NCBI RefSeq assembly: GCF_048593235.1
Contig: NC_133622.1
Location: 16,926,001 to 16,990,000, forward strand
Source of the DNA: Sminthopsis crassicaudata
Taxonomy: Eukaryota
Reading direction: 5' to 3'
DNA length: 64,000 nucleotides
The position numbers and the translations under genes are program-made. This document shows, in pieces, positions 21,457-34,835 of this stretch. Below the pieces are notes generated by a model, which saw only the letters and a list, made by a program, of their open reading frames with translations, did no database searches and was not told the DNA's origin. Position 1 is the first letter of the stretch, and every line of letters begins with the position of its first letter.

Positions 21457-23986
21457 GGTATGGAGGAAGGAAGCCAGGAAAGAAAATAAAGAAGAAAGGA
21501 ACTTCAGAGATGATATAGTATTTTCCTTTTCTTTTTTTTTTTCACTTACTATTTTGATCAGGACTTATCCTTTACAATAGATGAACAGGAATTCAAACAT
21601 TTAGTTAACAGATAGCCAAACCTAGAGTAATTATACTCTGACATATCATTACTTTTAAAAGTTTATTTTTAATACACATTGTTTAATGAATTATGTTGAG
21701 AGAAAGAATAAGGAAAAAAAGGGGGAAAAAAAGGAGAGATAGAGAGAGAAGGAGGGAAGGGGCTTTACAGATGATCCTGTTTACTCCTAAAATAAAGAAA
21801 GAAAAAAGAGAGAGATGGAAAGAAGGAAGGAAAGAAAAAAAAGGAAGGGAGGAACTTCATAGATCTTGTCCAGTCCTCTGATTTTATAAATGAAGAAACT
21901 GAGCACCACAGATGAAAAAACTGCATGAGGTCCCATGGTATGTAGCAGAACTAAAATCCGAATTGTGTTCTTTTGCCTTCTAGACTAGTGTCTTTCTCCA
22001 AAAATACCTTACCTAGAATTGTGATTCTTTTTTGTTTGTTTGTTTTAGATATTTGGGGGGCAATAGGGGTCAAGTGACTTGCCCTTGGCTTCCTTAGCAT
22101 GGCCCCTGTCCTACTGCTTGGACAACTACTTGGTTTCCTCTTCTCTCTCCTTTTTCCTCTAGCATTCTAGGAATTATCTGAGATAAGATTTGAACTCATG
22201 TCCTCTTGAATGTACTTTGTCACCTTGCTTCCCCTTGAATCAGCCATTCTTAATCATTTTGTGTTTTATGGACCTTTGGGGCAATTATGGATTCTGTTCC
22301 GAAGAATACTTGAAAATATATAAAATAGAACCCATAGAATTACAAGAAAAATCAATTACATTAAGAGGCAGTGACCCAATAATTTATTTTATTTTAGAAA
22401 TTCACAGACCCAGAATAAGAACTGCTGGAGGAAAATTAGTGGTGAAATGTGTGGCTACTTTAAGTGAAGGAATAGATAAGGTTGTTTTTTTTAAAGTCAA
22501 AATTCATAACAGAATTTCATTAGAATGGAAACTCATTGAGTGAAGGCCTTTTTACTTTCATTTCATTTTACTCTTATTTACTTTCATTTGTCATTTTACT
22601 TTGGTTTTCCCAGTGTCTGATAGAGGGTTTTGCACTTATGTTTAAGTAATTCTTTGTTGAATTGAAATCAGTTAAAGGTAACAAGTATAAAACTATGAGA
22701 ACATTTTCATTTCTTTCTTGGGGCCAGTGCTAAATGTAAAGAGATTTAATTCTTTCTTTATTCATTCAACTATATTTGTCAAGCACCTACCAAGTGCTAA
22801 GCTACTGTGAGCCCTGCGAGTAACTGAGGCATCAGAGAAAGCAGGGTTACATCACTACTAGAATCATAGAATTTCAGAGCTGGGAGAAACATAATAAGTC
22901 ATCTTGTCCCTGTAAGAATCTGTTTTTTTTTTTTTTTAATATATGAACCTTGCCCAAAGTTCTATAAAATCATTTATATCCTTTAACCTAGCAATACCAC
23001 TAGTAGACATGAATCCTGAATGAAATTTTTTAAGAAAGAAAAGGAACCTATAGGTCCTACAAAATATTTTCAGCAGCTTGTAAAGAGCAGCAACTTTGGA
23101 GAAATATACTTAAGGCTCAGTAGGATGGATTTAATCCTACAACAAAGTGTCAACTTGTAGAACTATACTAAGTACATGTAAAGTAGGTAACCATTGTCTT
23201 CTCAATTCCACTGAGTTAACACCTTTTTGTGCTCTCATTTTGGGGGTTCCCACCTCCCTGAGAAGGCAGGGAGGGCATGCCTACCTATGTTCGAAAACAA
23301 AGGAATGTGGGTGATGTAGTGAGCCAGAACTTTAGAGAAATATATTCAAAATAAGGTTTAACACCTCAGTGGAATTGATAAGATAAAGGTTATTTATTTT
23401 ACCTGCACTTAGTATACTTCTACAAGTTGACACTTGGCAGTAGAATTAAATCACTCATACTGAGCCTTAATTATATGTCCCCAAAGTTCCTGCCCTTTAC
23501 AGCAGCTCTCTTCTCAGAACAAAAAACTGGAAACTGAGGGGATACCCCTCAATTGGGGGATGGATGAATAAATTATGTCATGTGATTCTGATAGAATATT
23601 ATTGCTCTATGAAAAATGATGAGCAGGATGTTTTCAGAAAAACCTGGATAATTGTACACAAATGCAAGCAAAGTGAAATACACTGAAGTGATAGTAAACT
23701 TCTAGGATGATCAGAAGGGAATGACTTTGGTATGTTGTAACAATCAAATGAGATGTTTGTAAAGTTTTTAACACAGTATGTAGAACATAGTAAATGCTGT
23801 ATACCTGTGAGCTATAACTGTTCTCCAAAGTCACAGAGAAAGTTAGGACCAAGTGCTCTAACTTTAGATCCAGAGTTTAGTCTCCCATTCCACAGGGAGG
23901 CCCAAAGTTCATAATTCCTGCCCACTTTTTGCCCAATTTTAGTCTGCCAATAATATTGTTGTTTGTACAGTCATGCCCAACTCTTT

Positions 23987-24927
23987 TTTTTTTTTTTTTT
24001 TTGGCAGAAATATATCTTATTATTTGTCATCTTCAGTCAATAATTTCTAAGTCAGGAAGTGGGTAGAAACTCCATCTTCAATAATCTGGAATCTTAGTGA
24101 TAATTACATTGGTCAGAACTCTTAAGTTTTTCAAAGATATTTTCGTTTACACTGTCATTACTATATAAATTATTTTTCATATTTTGTCATTTATTCTGCA
24201 TTAATCTATGTAAGTCTTCCGAAGACTTTTTTTTATTATATATATATATATATTTTATAATATTATCCCTTGTATTCATTTTTCCAAATTACCCCCCTTC
24301 CCTTTATTCCCTCCCCCCGACGACAGGCAATACCATACGTTTTACATGTGTTACAATATAGTCTAGGTACAATACATGTGTGCGAATATCATTTTCTTGT
24401 TGCACAATAAACATTAGAATCCGAAGGTACATGCAACCTGGGCAGACAGATATTAGTGCTAACTATTTTCATTCCCCTCCCAGTGTTTCTTCTCTGGGTG
24501 CAGCTACCTCTGTCCATCATTGATCAACTGGAAGTGAGTTGGATCTTCTTTATGTTGAAGATTTCCACTTCCATCAGAATACATCCCCATACAGTATTGT
24601 TGTTGAAGTGTACAGTGATCTTCTGGTTCTGCTCATTTCACTCAGCATCAGTTGATTTAAGTCTCTCCAGGCCTCTCTATATTCCTCCTGCTGGTCATTT
24701 CTTACCGAGTAATAATATTCCATAACCTTCATATACCACAATTTACCCAACCATTCTCCAACTGATGGACATCCATTCATCTTCCAGTTTCTAGCTACAA
24801 CAAAAAGAGCTGCCACAAACATTTTGGCACATATATGTCTCTTTCCGCTCTTTAGTATTTCTTTGGGATATAATCCCAGTAGTAGCGCTGCTGGGTCAAA
24901 GGGTATGCACAGTTTGATAACTTTTTG
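23987..24927 (-). mobile_element. 5'-truncated L1 with apparent 3' transduction
   Basis: 15-bp TSD CATGCCCAACTCTTT (23972-23986, 24928-24942). ORF2 C-terminus 24574-24927, 3'UTR, A/TA-rich tail near 24226-24260, about 220 bp of unique sequence, then a second poly(A). Confidence 0.85.
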
Positions 24928-26780
24928 CATGCCCAACTCTTTATGACTTCATCTGGGGTTTTTGTAAAGATCCTAGAGTGGTTTGCATCTCCTCTTCCAG
25001 CTCATTTTATAGTTAAGGAACTGAGGCAATCAGGATCCCAAACTATTATGTGTCTGAGATTAGATTTGAAAGCCTTCCTCATTCCAAGTGCAGCATTATA
25101 TGCAGTGCAGCACCTAGACTTTCCCAATAATAGTATTTGTCCTTTGTTAGAAATTCATGTCTGGGGCAGCGATAGATGGAGGGAGGGGACAGAGAGAGAC
25201 AGAGAAAGACAGACAGACAGACAGAGAGACACATAGAGAGAGAAAGACAGAGAGAGATAGAAAGGTCAGGGAAAGTTTCAAGTAAAAGGCTATTTTTGAG
25301 CTGACCTTTGAAGAACTATAGTGATTATGTGCAAGAATAGAAAATAGCACATCCATAGTCCTTAGTTAATTTAGTTAACACACAGTGCTGAAAGAATGAT
25401 AACTGATTGGTAAATAGGGAAAAATGGCTTCCCATCTGAAATGATGATGTTTAAAGGAAAAGTTGTTGATCGATTAGTTGGGTGACACTTCACCTCACAT
25501 ACTCATCCTTCCTCCCCCTCAAATTCTCTCTGAAATTGTTATTGAAGGGTTAAGACAAGTACTCGATAAATACTAGAAGTCAAGTGTTCCAATAGAACAA
25601 TAATGGGACTCAATGAAATTCTCTCCTCAATCTCAAAGTATGATCTACAATTTGCTTCATAGATTGTCTTCACTAATTGAGCCAAGGTCACCACTGTGCA
25701 TTTGAATGTTGGAGTTCACATTTCCCAGTCTGGAGGAATAATGTGGAAGGGCAGTAGGTGCAGATTAGGCCCAGGGAGGGTTTTATTATTCATCACTGGG
25801 GATTCTTCCAGAATTGGAAGATGATAGATTGGTCCTGCAACTCCTTGAGGAGAAGGGAAGCCTCTACTGACCAGGACAGTTTGGTCCTTTCTGAAGCTGT
25901 TGGGTAGGGAATAAGTACATATGATAGAAGTCCCATGGAAGCTAAGAAGATTCTTCTGTTGCAACTCTTGATTCCCTCTCCAATATTTATTTTTTCCAAT
26001 GACATGTACAGATAATTTTCGACATTCACTTCTTTAAGATTTTGAGCTACACTTTTCTCCCCTCCAGCTCTCCTAGATGACAAGCAATGTGATAGAGTTT
26101 GCTATCTAGGTGCAGCATTTCTTTTCCGAGTCTGGTTTTGTTTGGGTTGTTTGGAAGGCTGTTTTGGGACTATACCTGTGTACTCATCAATAAATGGAAT
26201 GGAGGATGAAGGACTTGCCCACCAAGGCTAGTGGACACCTCTTCAACTTGGATAGTTAGACAATGGTGAGGGCCACTAGGAAGTTCAGTGATGTGCCTTG
26301 AGTGAAAAAGATACTAAAGTGAAGGGTGAACCAAGTGATCAGCCCAAAGTCTTGAAATTCATGATTGAGCCCCACATAAACACCAACAGATTCTCATTAC
26401 AAATAAACCTTTTAATGTACTGGACCCCCTGCTCTGCTTCTCTCTCGTTTGCATATTTGTAACATTATACAATAGAAATCTGATCAATTGAATCCACATT
26501 CAGTGTCCATGGTTTTTTCTCTAGATATGGATGATATTTACTTACTTCTTTTTTTAGCTATACTTTTCAGGTGGAAGGTGGAAGTTATAAGTTTTTTTAG
26601 AAAAAAATTTTCAAGAATATGAGAAACACCTATGTTGTAGGATAGAGTAAAAATTGTTTTTATCATCTTTATTGATAAAGATTATTTACATATTCTTAAT
26701 ATACCTTTCAAGCTTTTGAATTACAAAAATAATGTACCTTATGAAAAGTTATTGCACAAAGTGAAACTACAGAAAACTTT

Positions 26781-26921
26781 TTTTTCCCTGAGGCTGGGGT
26801 TAAGTGACTTGCCCAGGGTCACACAGTTAGGAAGTGTTAAGTGTCTGAAACCAGATTTGAACTGGGGTCCTCCTGAATTCAAGGTGGGTGCTCTATCCAC
26901 TGGGCCACCTAGCTGCCCCTC
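26781..26921 (-). mobile_element. Young SINE (WSINE1-like), gamma-specific
   Basis: Reverse-strand copy with TSD CAGAAAACTTT (26770-26780, 26922-26932). Empty site in alpha (about 8650) and beta (about 20350). Confidence 0.9.
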
Positions 26922-28261
26922 CAGAAAACTTTAAAATTAAATCTCAAAAAACACAATATATCTGAGGGTCAAGAGGAGATAAATTAAATCACAAATTTAT
27001 ATACAAATTATTAAAACATTAAAGAAAATAAGATGCCTCAATATTGCACCATGTATATATTCTCATACAATTGATATATATAATAAATGAAACCTATATG
27101 GAACATTTTATAGGACACACGACCAATGAAAAAGTATTGTAAACAAGTTTACTAATAAAGTTTGAAGTAAACTCCCTATGTATTTGTGGGGTAAACAATA
27201 GAAAACACCCATTTTGTTACTGTGACTTTTTCAGTTGTGTCGCAATTCTCCATGACTCCATTTGGGATTTTCTTGACAGATATTGGAGTAGTTTGCCATT
27301 TTCTTCTCATGTTCATCTTTTATACTTGTTCGTAAGCATACTATAAATACAGAACCTAAGTACCTCTTTGATCTCCTTTACACTTTGTCTTTTTCCATTT
27401 GCATTATTCCTGTGATCTGTGTACTTGGTATGCTTTGACATGTTTTTGGAAAGACATTGTGCTTGAACTGATTGGTCAAGAAGAATGGATCACAGAAGTT
27501 ATTTGATTTTTCCCCCCTTAGAGTTCCATGCTCAGATATCCCTGAAGGATTGTAACTTTTTTTTTTGCTTTTCAAGGAACTTTACTGGAACTTGTTAGTT
27601 TGATATTTCAAATTTAATCTTTTCTCTAAAAATAGAAAAAAAATAACAATCACACAAGACCAAACCCCAAACATTGCTTATTTCCAGCTTCTTTAGAGTG
27701 ACTGTCAATAGTTGACAGTGTCCTATACAATGGAAAAAAAATACTAAACATCCATATGTTTTCTTACCCTTGTATGGAAGAAAGCAATAAGTCATGGGCC
27801 GGTTTCCATTCACACACATGCCCATTGTCACCCTCAAGTACCAAATCAAAAAATTTCATTACAAACATTTTTGAGCATAATCCTGTTAAGAAAGTTGTGT
27901 TTTTCCTAATGAAAAAAGCCACAATTGCATTAGAGAAATAAGTAATCACTGAATTAAATGATAATTTTACTATGAAAGATTATTTTGATTAAAGCTATAA
28001 AAAGTAGTTCATTAAAAACATCAGTACTATAGAACAGAAGAAGTGTAATTTTTGACAAAAGTTATCTTAATTTGGTATTTATGTAGTTTAAAGGTGCACA
28101 GACATTGATATTTAGAGGAACTAGGAAGTTCTTTTCTCAGTATGAAAAATAAGTTCATTTGATCAAGAAAGAGGCAAGTAAGACACTTTTAAGTCCAAAA
28201 AGGAGTTGAAGCTCATCTCAGGAGAACTAGCACTCCTAGATTGTTAAAGGGGAGAGGAACT

Positions 28262-28509
28262 GGCTGTGTTTGTTGGTTGACATGTGTAGTCCTTGCTCCT
28301 AGGGAGCCGAGGCTGGTGGATCCTTGGAGCCCTGAAGTTCTAAGGTGTTACAAAGCTCATGAGCCCATCGGGTGTCTCCATTAAGCCTGGCTTCAATAGG
28401 ATGAGCCTGCAGAAGTGGAAAACCACCATGCCCAAGGAGGGACACCAGGCTCAGGTGAACAGTGAGTGGCTGTTACACTTCCAATCTGAATGAGATAGGA
28501 TAACTCACT
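28262..28509 (+). pseudogene. 7SL-derived element (gamma1 copy)
   Basis: Homologous to 9509-9755. Confidence 0.8.
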
Positions 28510-31500
28510 GGTATGGAGGAAGACAGGATAGAAAAAAGAAGAAAGGAACTTCAGAGATGATAGAGTATCTTCCTTTTTTTTCACTTTCTATTTTGATCAG
28601 GACTTACCCTTTATTATAGATGAACAGGAATTCAAACATCTCCATTTTAGTTAACAGATAGCCAAAGTTGGAGTAATTAAACTCTGACATATCTTTACTT
28701 TTAAAAGTTTATTTATTTTTAATATACATTGTTTTATGAATTATGTTGAGAGAAAGAATAAAGAAAAAAAAAGCAAAAAGGGAGAGACAGAGACAGAAGG
28801 AAGGGGCTTTACAGATGATCCAGTCTGCTCCTAAAAGAAAGAAAAAAGAATACAGGGAGGGAAGGAAAAGAAGGAAGTGAGAGAAAGGAAGGAAGCAAGG
28901 GAGGGGCTTCATAGATCTTGTCCAGTTCTCTGAATTTATAAATGAAGAAGCTGACCACCACAAATGAAAAAAACTGCATGAGTTGCCATGATATGTAGCA
29001 GAGCTAAAATCGGAATTCTGTTCTTCTGCCTTCTAGTCTAGTGTCTTTTTCCAACAATATCCTACCTGGAATTGTGATTGTTTTTTGTTTGTTTTGGGTA
29101 TTTTGGGGACAATAGTGAGCAAGCCACTTGCCCTCAGCTTCCTCAGCATGGGCCCTGTCCTATGTTTCAGACACCTATTTGGTTTTCTCTTCTGTCCCTC
29201 CTTATTATTTCTCCAGAATTATGGGAATTAATTGACATAAGATTTGAACTCATGTCTTCTTCATTGTACTTTGCCACCTTGCTTCCCCTTAAATTAGCCA
29301 TTCTTATTTTTTTTGTGTGTTTTATGGACCTTTTGGTCAATCTATGTATTCTTTCTCCAAATAATATTTGTAAATAGATAAAACAGAACACATAGGATTA
29401 CAAAAGAAATTGATTACATTGAAATGTCATAAATCAATAATTTATTTTATTTTAAAAATTCACCGACCCAGAGCAAGAACTGCTAGAGAAAAATTAGTGG
29501 TGAAATATGAGGCTACTTTCAGTGAAGGAATACAAAACCTTGTTTTTGTTTTTGTTTTCTGTTTTTTTTTACTCAAAATTCATAGCAAAATTTCAGTAGT
29601 ATGTAAGCTCATTGAAAGAAAGCCTTTTTATTTATTTATTATATTTTTAAAACTCATTTGCTTTCATTTGTCATTTTACTTTCATTTACCCAGTGTCTAA
29701 TAGAGGACTTTGCACATAGCTGATTCTTACTAACTCTTTGCTGAATAAATGAAAGATAACATGTATAAAACTATGACAACATTTTCATTTCTTTCTTGAG
29801 GCCAGTGCTAAATGAAAGGAGATTTACTACTTTCTTTATTCATTCAACTAATATTTGTCAAGCACCTACCAAGTGCTAACCTACTGTGAGCCCTGCAAGT
29901 AACTGAGGCATCAGAGAAAGTAGGTTACATCACTACTAGAATCATAGAATTTCAGAGCTGAGAGAAACATTATAAGTCATCTAGTCCCTGTAAGAATCCC
30001 CTTTTTAATAACATGAACCTTGCCCAAAGGGCTATAAAATCATTAAAACTGGCAAAACCACTAGTAGGCATGAATCCTGAATGAAATTTTTTAGGAGAGA
30101 AAAGGAACCTATAAGTTCTACAAAAATATTTTCAGCAGCTTGTAAAGAGCAGCAACTTTGGAGAAATATACTTAAGGCTCAGTAGTATTGATTTAATCCT
30201 ACAAGGTGTTAACTTGTAGAAGTATACTAAGTACATGTAAACTAGATACCCATTGTCTTCTCAATTCCACTGAGTTAACACCTTGTGTGTAGTATACTTT
30301 GGGCTCTCATTTTGGGGGTTCTCACATTCCTAAGAAGTCAGGGAGGGCATGCCTATCTCTGTTCAAAAACAAAGGAATGTGGGTGATGTAGAGAGCCAGA
30401 ACTTTTGTAAAGTCTACTTAAAAGAAGGTGTTAACTCAGTGGAATTGATAAGATAAAGGTTATTTACTTTACCTGCACTTAGTATAGTTCTACAAGTTGA
30501 CACTTAACAGTAGAAGTAAATCACTCATACTGAGCCTTAATTATATGTCCCCCAAATTACTGCTCTTTACAGCAGCTCTCTTCTCGGAACAAAAAACTGG
30601 AAACTGAGGGGATGCCCATCAATTGGGGAATGGATGAATAAATTGTGTCATGTGATTCTGATAGAATATTATTGCTCTATGAAAAATGATGAGAAGGATG
30701 TTTTCAGAAAAACCTGGATAACTGTACACAAATTCAAGCAACGTGAAATACACTGAAGTAATAGAAACTTTGAGGATGATCAGATGGGAATGACTTCGGG
30801 GTTTTGTAAGAATCAAATGAGATTTTTGTAAAGTTTTTAAAACAGTGCCTCGAACATAGTAAATGCTGTACACCTGTGAGCTATAAGTGTTCTCCAAAGT
30901 CACAGAGAAAGTGAGGATCAAGTGCTCTAACTTTAGATCCAGTGTTTATTCTACTATTCCATAGGGAGCCCCCAAGTTTATAGTTCTTACCCACTTTTTG
31001 CCCAATTTTACTCTACCAATAATATTGTTGTTTGTACAGTCATGCCCAGCTCTTTATAACTGCATCTGGGGTTTTCTTGGTTAAGATCCTAGAGTGGTTT
31101 GCATCTCCTCTTCCAGCTCATTTTATAGTTAAGGAACTGAGGAAATCAGGGTCCCAAACTATTATGTGTCTGAGATTAGATTTGAAAGTCTTCCTCATTC
31201 CAAGTGCAGCATTATATGCAGTGCAGCACCTAGATTTTCCTAATAATAGTATTTGTATCTTGTTAGTGATTCATGTCGGGGGGAGGAACAGGTGAAGGGA
31301 GGACAGAGAGAGACAGAGAAAGACAGACAGACAGACAGATATAGAGAGAAAGACAGAGAGAGACAGAAAGTTCAAGGAAAGTTTCAAGTAAAAGGCTATT
31401 TTTGAGCTGACCTTTGAAGGACTTTAGTGATTATGTACAAGAATAGAAAATAGCACATGCATAGTCCTTAGTTAACTTAGTTAACACGCAGTGCTGAAAG

Positions 31501-32759
31501 AATGATAACTGATTGGTAAATGGTGAAAAATGGCTTCCCATCTGAAAAGGATGATGTTTAAAGGGAAAGTTGTTGGTTGATTAATTGGGTGACACTTCAC
31601 GTCACATACTCATCCTTCCTCCCTCTCAAATTCTCTCTGAAATTGTTATTGAAGGGTTAAGACAAGTACTCGATAAATACTAGAAGTCGTGTTCCAATAG
31701 AACAATAATGGGACTCAATGAAATTCTCTCCTCAATCTCAAAGTATGATCTACAATTTGCTTCCTAGATTGTCTTCACTAATTGAGCCAAAGTCACCACT
31801 GTGCATTTGAATGTTGGAGGTCACATTTCCCAGTCTGGAGGAATAATGTGGAAGGGCAGTAGGTGCAGATCAGGCCCAGTGAGGGCTTTCTGGTTTATCA
31901 GTGGGGATTCCCTCCAGAATTGGAAGATGATAGATTGATCCTGCAACTACTTGAGGACAAGGGAAGCCTCTCCTGAGCAGGACAGTTTTGTCATTTCTGA
32001 CTAGTGGCTTGAAGTGAAAGAGGAAGTCACAGATAGTGCCAGCAGTCTCTCTGAGCTGCAAAGCTGTTGGGTAGGGAGTAAATACATATAAGAGAATTCC
32101 CATGGAGGCTAGGAAGATAATTCTGTTGCAACTCTTGATTCCCTCTCCAGCCCCCTTCTCTCCCATAGTAGTTTATTTGTTCCAATAACATGTAAACATA
32201 ATTTTCAACATTTAATTTTATAAGATTTTGAGCTATATTTTTCTCCCTTCCCCTCTCCTAGATGACAAGCAATGTGATAGGGTTTGCTATCTAGGTGCAG
32301 CATGTCTTTTCCTAGTCTGTTTTTGTTTGGGTTGTTTGGAAGGCTGTTTTGGGACTAGACCTGTGAACTCATCAATAAAGGGAATGGAGGATGAAGGACT
32401 TGCCCACCAAGGCTAGTTGACACCTCTTCAACTTGGATAGTTAGACAATGGTGTGGGCTACTAGGAACTTCAGTGATGTGCCTTGAGTGAAAAAGATACT
32501 GAAGTGAAGGGTGAACCAAGTGATCAGCCCAAAGTCTTGAAATTCTTGATTGAACCCCAATAAAGACCAATGGGTGCTCATTACATATCAACCTTTTAAT
32601 GCACTGGACCCCCTGCTCTGCTTCTCTCTAGTTTGCATTTCTTTCTGCAAAATGAATGAGAACCTGAGGAAAACGTTCCCTTGGAAATGGGCTGATGGTG
32701 GGTGGGTGGGTTCTAGGAGGTGAGAACAGGAGCTGAGGTGGTAAATGGTGTAGGCTTTT

Positions 32760-33151
32760 GTCCAGAGGGCCCCAATCAGCCAGGCTTCCCACCCACGCCT
32801 TCTCAGTAGTGCTATAAAAAGCGGTCCTCCAGGTGGATGAAGCCAGAGCAGCAGAAGAAGCTCCTTTGGCGTCTCCTTCCCTTCTTCTGAAGCAACATTC
32901 CTGGGCCTCTGGGGAGACTGGCACCGAAGTATCCACAACTCTCAGTGGGCTGAATCGAGCTCCCGGCTCCTGTGGCCGGGCTAAAGATTGGAAAGAGAAA
33001 GGACCCTGGTGATCGAGAACGAGGGTGAGAGTCTGTGGGCCCCTTCCCTGGACTGCCCCCCCTGCCCTGTGCCGAGAAGCCAGCTCCCACTACAGCTCAC
33101 ATCTGGGCCACTTTAAGCACCTTGGACAGATCCCTCAGACCACAGGTAAGC
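32760..33151 (+). promoter_or_regulatory. Putative promoter and non-coding exon 1 of alpha2
   Basis: CCAAT 32772-32776, TATAAAA 32813-32819, CpG-enriched, no ATG between 32840 and the donor at 33145/33146. Confidence 0.6.
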
Positions 33152-34835
33152 TTGGCTGGAGTTTGGCCTTCCTTCAGCTGCCCCTAGCCAGCCTGGGCCG
33201 TCCCTGCCGGGATTCGGCAGGGACAAAGGAAAGCACTGCTTCCTCCTGGAGACCTTTGGTGCAGGACAAAGCTTCTCCTTTCTCTCCTAGTCATCCAAAG
33301 GTTCTTTCTATTTTTTTTTCTTCTCCATAAAGCTCTACTTCTTGCTGGCCGAGAGGGTTCCTGGTATCCTCTAGCATATCTGGGGAGCACAAAGGGAGGT
33401 TTAAAAATTTTAGCCCAGTCGTCTTCTGTCTGATCTGAGCGTTCTTTCACCCATTTGTGGGTTTTATGGTAAAACTACTGCAGGGTGTTGTTGGGTTTCC
33501 TTTTCCAGCTCAATTTACCAATGAGGAAACTGAGGCAAACAGCATTAAGTGACTTGCCCAAGGTCACAAAGCTGGTGGTTGGAACTACATTTGAATTCAG
33601 GAAGTTGCCTTCCTGACTCCAGGTCTAGCATTCAATCCACTGTGGCACTTCCCTACCTCCTTTTTTAATCACTAGATTTCTTTTTTTTTTTTTTTCCCCT
33701 GAGGCAATTGGGGTTTTCACTAATCAGTTTTCACTAATCACTAAATTTCAGCTTTTGATTCTTTAGCTCTTGAGATTAAAGTAGCACAGGCTATTTATTA
33801 GACATCCACATATTTCTCTCTGCTGTCTATTGAGTGGGCAGAGTGTGCCCACAGCCCAGATCCCCAGGGATTTCACAAGGTTATCCTGAGGGGGAATCAG
33901 AGATTGTGGGGAAGGGATGGTTGGCTATTTGCTCTCCCTGGAAGGAGGGTTTTTTTCTGAATGGAAGAATGGCAGCTAGGAGACTCAGTGGATCAGAGCA
34001 CTAGCTCTGAAATCAAGAGGATCTGAGTTCACATGTGTACTCCCACACTTAACACTTCCTATCTGTGTGACCCTAGTCAAGTCCCTTAGTCCCAATTGCC
34101 TCAGCAGGAAAAAAAAATGGAGTCATAGAGCTATCACTTTTCAGTAGCTTTGGGGCTTTGATGTGGGCCAATTATCAGACTTATGGGGAGGCAGTTTTTA
34201 TAGGGGAATATGCACATGGGAAGGATTGATCCCCTTGGATGTTAGAAGGGTGCAGAAGCTCCAGGCTTCTGTAGGTGAGGGCAGTGGGCTAATTAATGCC
34301 AAGAGAGAAAGGATACAAAATTTTAATGCAGTGTTGATGGCAAGGATGGCCAGAGGGAGCAGAAGTTAGGAGTAGGAATGGGGCTGGCTGTGGAGGCAGA
34401 AGATCTGCTATTTCCCATCTGGAAGATATTGGGACTCCTTCTGCAGTAGCCTCAGTTCCTTCATCTGTAAAATGATACTTGAATGAGACACTTACACGTT
34501 AGAGATTAATGAGGAAGAGTAGAGGAATCCAGGAGGGCAATGACTAAGACCAGGATTAGTGATTTATTATGAAGTTGGGGCAGGAGGAAAGAAAGGATGA
34601 ATGCAGGGAGAAGGGATGATGTAATAGCAAAGCCGAATGTAGGGATGAAATTTACAAAATGGCCCCATGAGTTCACCCTTTGTTTCTTTGTTTTTTAATG
34701 AGTTTTAATGAGCTCTAGAACTTATTTTTTGGTTTTTGTTTTGTTGATGCTATTATTGTGTGATTAATTGTCCTGCAGTCCATGGTGATCTAAAATGGTG
34801 ATGCATATTTTGTTTTAAATTTCATTATTCAGACC

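Larger units (their letters stand above)
23968..31036. repeat. Gamma1 monomer: gene-less copy (upstream flank joined directly to downstream flank)
   Basis: Upstream-flank homology (equivalent 14307-15937) stops at 26454, and downstream-flank homology (equivalent 8329 onward) begins at the shared CAT. Confidence 0.9.
1..33095. repeat. Higher-order tandem unit, copy 1 (alpha1-beta1-gamma1)
   Basis: ORF-track duplicates recur at offsets 33,259-33,284 (e.g. 12047/45309, 15849/49108, 24574/57833, 28393/61653). The first 25 nt recur at 33096. Confidence 0.97.
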
